Source: Eledone cirrhosa (lineage: Eukaryota). Taken from it: 64,000 nucleotides of DNA. The DNA lies in assembly GCA_964016885.1 (NCBI GenBank), contig OZ024741.1, positions 139,438,001 to 139,502,000 on the forward strand, written 5' to 3'. Positions 53,513 through 64,000 of the stretch are shown here, piece by piece. The notes beneath the pieces were generated by a model. That model worked only from the letters and a program-made list of their open reading frames with translations. It ran no database searches and had not been told where the DNA came from. The translations under genes were made by a program, and so were the position numbers. Position 1 is the stretch's first letter. The number at the start of each line of letters is the position of its first letter.

Positions 53513-55294
53513 ATGCGTTGCAAAGACATTTACTGTTGTTTATCACCTTTTGGCATCATTTGTATGGCAATTGATTCTAAAGTGTGTGTATTACCAGATT
53601 TTTCCTCGAGTTTCAGGTTCAGATTAGGAATGATATGTTAATGAAACAGAATTTAAAGGAAGTTTCAAGTAATAACAATTGTAACAATAATTTTAAAATC
53701 CTACATGAAGAAAAGCTACATATATTGAAATATTTTGTAATATACTCGTAAGGGCACATAATCAAAATTCGTGTGTGTGTGTGCGCACCTGTATGTGTGT
53801 GTGCGCGACTGTGTGTGAGTATATTGGCAGTGTTATCATGTGTGGCCTGAGTAATATGATTTCGTATAGCATGTTCATATTTAGTCGAACATGAACGAAT
53901 AAAGATTGTGTGTGCATATGTATGCCTTTCATCTTTGCCCGTGTTTACGTGTATGCAAACAAGTTATAAAATAATATACACTTATTAAAAAATAGAGTTA
54001 TAAATATATATAGTTTGTACATGAATTTGCGCGCGTGTCTTGTTTATGTGTGTAGGGCTGTTTATAAATATATGTGATTCTTATTATTAAAGCTTGTGTG
54101 CAAATACATTTCTAATAACGTTTACATATTTAAAAGCTATCAGAATATGCTATGATGATTTATGCGCAGTTTGATTTAGGAAATTTGAAAGAGAAATGGG
54201 AAACTAAATGCGAATTATGTAGCTGCATTATAATTGGTCACACAGCTGAATGCCAGCCATTCATGGACGCTTATCTTACAGTGTAGAGATAGATGAAGAT
54301 TACTGGGTGCTTTTAATCATAGTCACTGAATGCAACAGCCTGATGTTCGAGAGCTAAGAAATAGAATAACATGAGATGCTTGTAGGGTATTTTGATAGCA
54401 TGCGTTGTTTTCTTTTAAACACTAGAAAAGAACACAATATACGGAATAAAAGTCATATATCTCTCTCCCTCGCTCTCCCTTTCCCTCCCTCTCTCTCTCT
54501 CTCTGTCTTCTCTCCTTCTCCCTCTCATTCTAAATATATAAATATATATGTATGTGTGTATGTGTGTATGTGTGTGTGTGTATGAGGGTACATGTATGTA
54601 TAGAAATAGAGGTGGAATAAACATGATACGTGGGACTCTAGCAATTATGGTTAAGATTTTGTTGACCACGTTCAATGTACGTTTATCATTACATTCTAGA
54701 GACGGGTATTTTGTTTGGAGTCAGCATTTTGAGCTTTGAGGAAAGTTACTGGGAATCGAACAATTAATTCTAATGAATGATTAGAATATCACGAAAATGA
54801 TGCCAAAGAGTGGGGTAATAGTTGACAAAAAACAAATGACGAGAGAATGGTTTAAATCACAAATTAAGTGTCGAGTGCTTAAATAAACCGGATTATCCAA
54901 CAGATAATTTTACTGTTTAGTATGTTATAAATCTAACTTCATTAATAATCCGTTGACACCTCCTGATGTGAAATGTTCTGTTAGTAAATGTATGTTCATC
55001 ATGCCCTGTTATATACAAAAGTGAACTGCTGTTTACGAGTCATGGTATCTCTTTAATAATGGGATTTGTTTTTTATATTTTATTGGCAAATCAGATAGGA
55101 GATTGTCTGATGATGGATGGAAATAATTGTTATTTATAGAAATTAAAATTATTTTATAGTCAGCTTTTGCAACACAAACCTATTCGATTTTCGAACATAA
55201 ATAACATCGCATACATTTACATGGACATCTACAAAAATATACAAATGCACATACATATGTAGGTATATTTATATAGATAGATACATATAAATAG

Positions 55295-55402
<108 letters not shown>

Positions 55403-57421
55403 ACATATATACATATATTTGCCTGTCTCACTCTTTCCCACTTTATCTCTATATATATATGTATCTGTGTTATTCCGAGTGTGTTTGTGTTGTTAGGTTG
55501 GTACAAATGTAATTAGTATTGATTGTTATATTTTTACATTCTTATTATTGCATCTATTTTTCTCATAAGTCACATCTTCTTTTGTTTATTTCTATGTGTG
55601 CGTATGAAATTGTAATTTACCTTCTTGTCAAAACATTATTATAAATTGTCATTCATAATAAGTCATTGATTTTTGCAAATGACAAAAGGAATTCAGAAAA
55701 TAGAAACAGTATATTTATGGCGTTGAAATAACTATCGAAAATATTGAAAAATGTTCAGTATTATCATTGCGTATAAACAAATCACATCGAATATATATAT
55801 ATATATGTATATATACAAAAGATTTTGTTGAAAATAATATACGTTACTATTTATTGTTTGGCTAGCCTACTGAAGTTTGCAATAATTTAATTCGGTTGAC
55901 GACGTGTGCTATTGTATTGTAGAAATCTAAATACACATGGATTAAAATATGAAGCTGTATGTCACTAGATAAAATGTCAATGGAAGCTAAAATAAACAAA
56001 CATGCCACAACGCAGAAGATTATATTCTTAAGGAAAGAGTGCATTATATATATATTATAAGTTAGACGCGTTTCTGTATTTCATAATTACGATGCAGCTT
56101 TTCATTCCTCCTCAGAACTGTTGACATATTCGCGCTCAAAATGTATGACTGTGCGTATCCTGAACAGCTGAGGGAGCCATAAATTGGACTTTTTTATACA
56201 GAGTTTGATTTACCATATATTACATCTAGTCAAACCCATCCAACCCTAACACCTAATATTCCCGATGGTGTCTACAAAGAGTGCGAGAAAGTGCGAGAGA
56301 ACATTAGGGAAATACAGGGAAAGGAAACATCAACCTCAGTTCTGCGCTCCGAATTTATGTAGCATCTAAAGATTGACCTCGATGAAATTTGAACTAAAAG
56401 CACAGAGAGATTAAAAGAATGCCGGAGAACTTTCTGTACGATGTTCATCCAAATGCATCAAATCTTCACTTGCTTGAACAGAATTTGGCCAGCATCATCC
56501 AAATTCAACAACACAGACAAACTGCTCTTCTTGAAGGGACGTCTGACTGTATTAACGATGAGCGTACCAATAGTTTCATCAATGGAAACAGAGTGCTGAT
56601 TGTGATATGGCTGGCTCTATGAACTAAACGTACAGTTCGTTCGACCGTCTACGAGATATTTATATTCAATCCAACTTTAAGGATAAAGCATGGATCGACC
56701 GGACATTGTAGTAAATGACACTTGCGAAAAATGTTACAGATTGAAATTTAACTCATGAAATAATGGTTGCATATGGATTTCTTGTCCGTTTGATAATACT
56801 GCATACATTCTACACCCAAGAAGAAAATAATATCGCATATATTATAAATGTGTGCATCTTGACAACATTGCACTTCGTCAATTTAACTGAGGCATATTCT
56901 TGGAGAATTGCATAAACTTGAATTTTCTTCTGTGAATCAGAGAAGTGTTTTTTTCATGATGTAAATGTTGTGGTATAAATATATATTTTTTTTTTAGTAT
57001 ATTACACATGGTGCTCAGTATTGGCGTAGTTCTAAAGCACATCATAATAATATCACCATAAATCAATAGCGAAAGTAATGGTAATAATGATATATATATG
57101 ATCTTAAACATTGACAGTACTCAATTTTAATATCTAGCCTCTCACGCAGTGCAGTTACTTACTCAGAAACCCAATCACGTCCATAAGCATATTTATATGC
57201 ATAATACATATATATATATATATATACATATATGTATACATACATACATACATACATATATATATATATTCTTTCAACCCAATCGACGCTCCAACGTTTA
57301 TATGAAATACACACACACAGACATACTCCTCCCTCTCATTCTCCCTTGTCCCCTCTCTCTCTCTCTCTCTCTCTCTCTAATATATTATACACACACACAG
57401 ACACACACACACGCACACACG

Positions 57422-57475
<54 letters not shown>

Positions 57476-59864
57476 CACACACACACACATATATATATAA
57501 GCTATCATCTTGTTGCCCCAGTACCACCAGAGTAGCCATCACTGTATTTGGATGATGGCCCGCACATGTGTTCTCACACGGCTAGTAAGGTAGCTTTGAA
57601 TTTATCATACATTGATTTATCCACAGCAACACGTATTCTTATTGTACATATACTTTCAGGCACATTTCTATACTGCTCAACTTTTGTTAACTTGTCCGGA
57701 AATTAATACCAACTCATCAAACCCGCATTCGATTTAAATGACCATATCCCTGAATGTATTATTTGCAGTATTCTATATCTAACAAAGTTTATCTTTCTTA
57801 CATCTTTACTGAGTAGATATCACAGGTGATAGATTAAAGATATTAAAATAGTAGGATTCGGATTTTTTCACATGATTACTGATGTAGCTGTGACATGACA
57901 TCGAGCGTGTATATATCTGATGTCTGCAAAATATTGATACTGAGAAGAATCTATTCCAGAATACAGCGTTTAAAGATATATTGTAGTGATCAAATATTTC
58001 CAATAAATATTTACCGGATTCTTTATTTATGAAAACGCGTATCAGGTAATAAACATAAATATGACACCAATGTCAAATATATAACGCATGGAACAACATT
58101 CTATGATTATGGAAAGAAAATCGTTTTCTGAATTTTAGTGGGGACACCAATAAATTTAGTTGGATACGATTCTGATTTGACGTTTGGTGACTCTTAATCT
58201 TATGAGCTAACACCCATTATTTCAGCGCATAATGCAAGGTGAGGAGGGAACCTCAATTACCATATAGAATTTTCTATGTGATGATTTCAAATTAGGTTTT
58301 ACGATCGTATTAAACCATAACACGCTATAAGGCTGCACTGTGAAAGTATTTGTTTGCAATTCCGTTTACAATATAATCTTTGTAGCAAAGTATACACAAA
58401 ATGGCACAACAGAGAAGGGCACATCATAAATATATCATGAACTATGAAAAACGGTTGTTCTTTGAAAATACATAAGCCATCAAAAAATCAAATTTACCAT
58501 CCAGAAACAAATCCACCTTGAATAAAACTGCTTTTAGGCAAGCTTATTGCATAATAGTACATTAACAGTATGAAATCATTGTTGATATAGGACTCATCTT
58601 AAAACTATTATCATAAAAAAATATTTATATTTTATATCAGTGGCTTACGTTCGTAGGTGTTTTGCCAGCCTTTATGTATTTTATAAAGACCATAAGCTAC
58701 AAACTACTCACATAATGCAATTATCACATGAAATATATATACACTATGCGTAAAAAGCATTGGGAAATTATTTGAAATGCAGTCATCCCAACTATAATAT
58801 TAATCGATATCATTCAGAAATGACTGACAATGTGTATGATGTACTGCCATTTTCTTCCCAATATTAATCTTAACTTACCAATAACTAATTATTTTTTTAT
58901 TGTTATTGCAAATCATACAGTGTGATGTGGACACTACAGGAATACTAGTTTATAATTTATAATTCTTTGGGGACAAAATTGACCCATGTGAAATTTATAA
59001 AAAAACAAAAAACGCTCATAAAATTGTTATTACTATTCGAATTTAATCCAAACTAAGCCTATTTACTTAAAGACAAAGGATGAGTTTTAGTACTAAACAT
59101 TATTGAAATGCTGACCTGAAGTAAACATTTCTATAGATTAGTACATATATTCGTATACTGAGAATCAGACTACAATTATCATTTCATACCAGCCGTTAGA
59201 GTTAATGTAGCACAGTTCCATCATATGTTATAGATTTTTTTTCAGGTTCCTTACAGAAAATTTAAAATGACTGTTACGTTGAAATAGATACTTGTTACAT
59301 TTTTTTTTTGTATTTTTTTTAATCGATGTTTTTGTTATTGTTTCTGTTCTGTATGATATTTCCAATGTCAAATACTTAAATATCAACCTTCGAGATCTCA
59401 GAGAATTGCATTTCCACTAATCTTGAATCTGAACTACATAATAAGAAATAAATCGACCAATCGAAACACAAAATAGGAAATTATCAGATATTGTGCCATC
59501 ATTGCAACCAGCTGTCTTTCAGAGAGAAAGATCTGTGTGAAAGACATCTGCATAGAACCAAATTTAAAAGTGATTTTCTATGAATGAAAACGATATTTTT
59601 GTTGTTTACTTCAATAAAGACTTTTATAGATATCCGGTCTTTGAAAGGTTTTCTTTTATAAGGAAGTGCGAATCGAATTCTTCAGATCTATATTAATTCG
59701 TTTATTCATGTTACATTTGATTTCGTATTTCCTACCACACGTTTAAAGCGTTCTATCGCTTTGGCAGCTGTCGTCCTCCTCTACGATTACCGTTTGACAG
59801 CATCACAGAAACATAAAAACCTTTGTCTATTTTGGGCGTAATTCATTACATACTTTCGAGAAAG

Positions 59865-59971
<107 letters not shown>

Positions 59972-60019
59972 ATATATATATATAATATATATATAATAAA
60001 TACTGATATATACATATAT

Positions 60020-60610
60020 ATTGTTATACTTGGGGAGGGTCATATTTGTGTAATATTGCCAGAATAAATAACATAACACACTCACTGTTTGGTTGGTTTT
60101 CGCTTTTCGCTTCTGTGTCTTTTATATCGGTAATCTAATTTATTCGGTCCTCAATGTTGCCATTGAATGACCAACGGTCAAAAATAATACAGATACAGTA
60201 TAGACACAAACACATATATATAGTTTATCAAAGTTCTTTCGTTGCACATCTGTAACATCGTCAGTGGTGCTATTGTTTCCTCCCGTTGCATTGTATTTTC
60301 TACGCCATCTTTATTTAGTCTGTTTATATATTTATTAATTTGTTTATTTTATTTCGTCTTCTTTGTGCATGCGTTTGCGTGTGTGTATAGTGTTTTGTTT
60401 GATGTGTGTTCGTGATTGGGTGACTGTGTATTGGTTAATGTATTCTATCTTTACTAGTGTATTTTTATATGTGTCTGTTGTTATTGTGCTTGTGTATTTA
60501 TTTATTTATTTATTTATTGTTGTTATTCCATTCATTCATTCGGAAAGAATGCATGGAATAACAACAACACCCAAACAAACAAACAGTGCTGACCTAAGAG
60601 AAGTATAAAT
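60020..60610 (-). mobile_element. Solo pLTR of the Nematis-like family with a terminal fold-back, between (TA)n tracts
   Basis: 60020-60540 is homologous to ~48130-48677. 60547-60610 is the reverse complement of ~48617-48675. Family G hammerhead at 60227-60268. Confidence 0.85.
60227..60268 (-). ncRNA. Hammerhead motif, family G, second copy
   Basis: ACCA-CUGACGA-U-GUUACA GAUG UGCAAC-GAAA GAAC UU-UGAU. Confidence 0.55.
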
Positions 60611-60675
<65 letters not shown>

Positions 60676-60781
60676 CTGATATATATATATATATATGTAT
60701 ACAAATAGTAAAACAATGAAATTAAACGGTTAATTCATAGTTGGTGTATTTATCTGTCTGTATATGTATATATATATACAC

Positions 60782-60818
<37 letters not shown>

Positions 60819-60829
60819 GTAATAATAAT
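60782..60829. repeat. (AAT)n, the (TTA)n tail or target of the Tx1-like LINE
   Basis: Directly follows AATAAA on the minus strand. Confidence 0.9.
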
Positions 60830-63800
60830 GTTTTCTTTATTAACCACAAGGGTTTACATAAAGTAGACATTAAGGACAGAACAGGACAATATAGGACGAT
60901 ACAAATGGGCATTTCTGCGTGTAAAAAAAACCGAGGTTGAAATAAAATAACAAAGAGAAATTCCCCAATAGGGGGGGAGACTTCCGAGGGACATTTGTGG
61001 AGAAAGCCCATTAAAAGACCACAGTGGCCCTGACCACCAGGGCAAGTGCCCTCTCACAGTTTTCCACCTTTAATTTACAGACACATACTAAGAGAAGGCC
61101 CATTCATTCGGGCCATACTTGCTTCTCTCACCCATCTTTCAACAAAATGCTGGGAAGAGAGCACTTCCCTCTCTACCCTGATTTTCCTTTTCAAATGAAA
61201 TTTGAAAAACTTAATCAGGGCATCACCGAAGATGTAAGTGCTCGTCTTCAGCCCTTTCAAACGTGTCCACCATACTATGTCTTTCGCCATGGCCACCAGA
61301 CAGATAAAAACTGCCTGCCCTTCCAGGCTAAAGGAAGGGGGCGGGGCAATCCTCACGATGGACTCAGCTGATAGCTGGATTCGTCCTACACGTGACAGCA
61401 GGTGTTCGACATAAACCCACAAGTCAGCAATGCTCGGACACTGGACGAGTGCGTGCAGGACGGTTTCGTCGCCCTGCGCGCATCTCGGACATGCCCGGGT
61501 GACGGCACCTCCATGCCTGTAGAGTTTATCCTGAACTGGCAAAGCTCCTCGGTAGCACTGCCAGGCCAGGGATTTCTGGAAGTTGTCCATAGGCCCCGGC
61601 CCGAAAGTCCTTCCGAAGAGATTGGCTAGTTGATTTTCGTCGACGCCTAGAGTTTCTCCAAGTACGTCGTCGCTCTTCCCCTCCACTAATCCCCTATAGA
61701 ACGCCAAGGTGGAGTTTCCACCGATCACATTGCCCGATTGGTCGAGGGCTGTGAGCGCCTGAAGACATTCCAGTCTCCAAGCGCTCCCTCTCGGTCTTCG
61801 CTTGACCCAGGACTGCAGCTCCGTCAAGGAGACGAGCTGGGGAAAAACGTGTCTTGCAAACGGCGACCACACCTGATCACCGTCGAGGAAGAGGTGGAGA
61901 TGTCGTAGCCTGAGCGCGTGTCTGCGCATCATCAGCCACGGCATGCCCAGCCCTCCACGTAGCGGGTGTTGACAGCAGATGGACCGCCTGACCATCGGAG
62001 CGCGTCCCTTCCACAAGAAGCGAAAGAGCAAACGCTCCAGCGCAGTCAGGCGGGGCTTAGGACAAGGTACGACGGTCAGGCGGTAGTAAATGACGGATGC
62101 GATGTACGCATTCGCCACCTCCGCTCGACCTTTTAGGGATAGCTTCCTCTCGGCCCATTTCTGGGTGAGAGAAGCCACCCTGCTCGTCACCTCGTCCCAG
62201 TTTTTGTCCGTCTGGAGGTCTGGACCGAACCAGACCCCTAGCAATTTAACCGGTCCGTCCGTCCAGCGCCCGACGACGCTGTTGGACGGCATGGACCTGC
62301 CTCTCCAGGTGCCGAGCTGCAGGCCCACTGACTTTTCCTGGTTGATCATTGCTCCTGTCACCGCTTCGTATTCTCTTAGTGTAGTGCCGATCGCCTCGAT
62401 GTGTTTGGCGTTCGACACCACTACGGTGACATCGTCGGCATATGCTGACACGGATCTTCCGCATCCTAGTTCGCGCGGGACCCCCCTCAACGTCTCCAGT
62501 TTGTGCAGTAATGGCTCGAGAGTCAATACGTACAATAGGGACGAGAGGGGACATCCTTGGCGGACCGAGCGCATGATGTTGAACGGTTCCGAAAGGTGAC
62601 CGTTCACTCTTACTACAGAGCAGATGTCGCTGTGCATGGCAGCGATCCAGCCTCTGAAGACGGGCCCAAAGCCAGCCGCCCTCAGGACTGCCGCTAGGTA
62701 ACGATGGTCGACCCTATCGAAGGCTTTCGACTGATCTAAATTGATCAAAGACCCACCCGTGCCAGGTTCCCTAGCTACCCTCTCTACGATGTATCGCATG
62801 AGGTGGAGGTTGTCGTGAATGGATCTGTCGGGAATGGCGCATGTCTGTGCCTCTCCCACCAGACCACCAACGACAAGCGCCAACCTCTTTGCTAGCACCT
62901 TGGCCAAAATCTTGAACTCTGTGTTTAGCAGAGTTATGGGCCTAAAATTATCTATGTTATCCCCCTTGTTCGGATACTTTCTCAGCAGCGCCACCGCTCC
63001 TCGGCTCACAGAGCTGGGAATTCTCCCGTTCTGTTACCAGTTGCAGTAGACGTCCGCCAAGAGGCCTCCGAACAAGTTTGGCATTTGTACGTAAAGTTCA
63101 TAGGGCAGACCATCCAAACCAGGCGATTTGCCTCTTGTGCAACTAGTCATTGCATCCCGTACTTCAGCGGTTGTTATCGGCTTTTCGCAACACTCCGCCT
63201 CAGTGGCCGAAAGCTGCGGCAGTCCGTCGAGGTAGACACTAAAGTCCATCCCTCGATCCGGCCCGCCACTGCCCCCGAACAGTTGAGCGAAGTGTCGCTG
63301 AAAAGCTTCACACATTTGCCCGGGATCGAGTAGCATGCGCCCGTCGTGGTCCACCAAAGACCGGATCGTGGCTTTGTTGCCACGACGCGCCTCCGCCACT
63401 CGGGCCCATTCAACGGCTTTCGTCCCCTCGTGTCTGAGAGCACGCACCCTAGCTCTGACAACGCAGCCTTCGTGCTTTGCATTGAAGAATTGGTCAAGGG
63501 CCAATTTCGCCGCAAGTACGTCGGTCGCGATGCCTTTGCTAAGCGCCTCATCTAATTTTCTAACTAATTCTCCCTCTGCTCTATTTTTCTCTATTGCTAA
63601 AGTCTTACTAAACCTAATGGACTCTATTCTAATTGCTCTTTTCAGAGCAAACCACCACTTGATATTGACGATGGCCCCCGTCAACGCCCGCTTAACTAGT
63701 TCGCTAATCCGGTCTCTGTAGGCCTTGCGCGCTGGTAAGGACGCGTTTAGCTTCCAGTAGCCGGGTCCTCGTCTATGAAGCCTATCTAAGTCAAGCACAC

Positions 63801-64000
63801 AGATCACGAATTTGTGGTCCGTGTAGCTGACTATCTTGAATTGTGGACAGCCTATGCTAGATCTATCTATTTCCCTACAAAATACTCTATCTAGATATGA
63901 TCTGGATGACCCTATGCGATTTGTCCAAGTCCACATTGGTACATTCGGGAAATCCATTCGGTACCTGTCAGACAGTTCAAAACGTCTGAGCAGGTTGGTG
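60830..64000 (-). mobile_element. Tx1/L1-clade LINE, ORF2 (AP endonuclease C-terminus, RT, zinc-binding domain) and 3' UTR, continuing beyond the window
   Basis: SRSYLDRVF...SYTDHKFV, GPGYWKLN, GKSPGLDGLPYELY, NFRPITLLNTEFKILAK, INLDQSKAFDRVDH, VRQGCPLS, AYADDVT, CPRC...ETVLHALVQC. ORFs 63034-63957 and 61075-63009 are in the same frame, separated by a single TAA. Confidence 0.93.

Noticed and set aside
61024-63721. Plus-strand ORFs overlapping the LINE (also 48548-50958 over the PLE)
   Set aside because: Antisense or alternative-frame shadows of transposon ORFs with no recognisable motifs.

Overview
AT-rich animal genomic DNA, most likely an octopus or other cephalopod (inferred from the SINE family, the DD37D-type Tc1/mariner and the very large (TA)n/(TG)n fields). 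No host protein-coding gene is recognisable. The window is a mosaic of transposons and microsatellites. It holds four pieces of Hydra-type Penelope-like elements (PLEs: RT, CxCx5C linker, GIY-YIG), one long Nematis-like PLE, a nearly intact Tx1/L1-clade LINE running off the right edge, Dong/R4-like and CR1-like LINE remnants, a Chapaev3 (CMC) transposon nested in a PLE, a decayed Tc1/mariner and many SINEs. The main hidden signal is non-coding: about 12 minimal type I hammerhead ribozyme (HHR) motifs plus partial copies, in about 8-9 sequence families, mostly tens of nt to ~240 nt from a (TA)n tract. Several sit in small ORF-less head-to-head elements. Two junctions map onto ribozyme geometry: a fold-back centred on the putative stem II (15483-15599) and a truncation at the predicted cleavage site (~99). 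All pairings and identities were read by eye, and no ribozyme activity is demonstrated.
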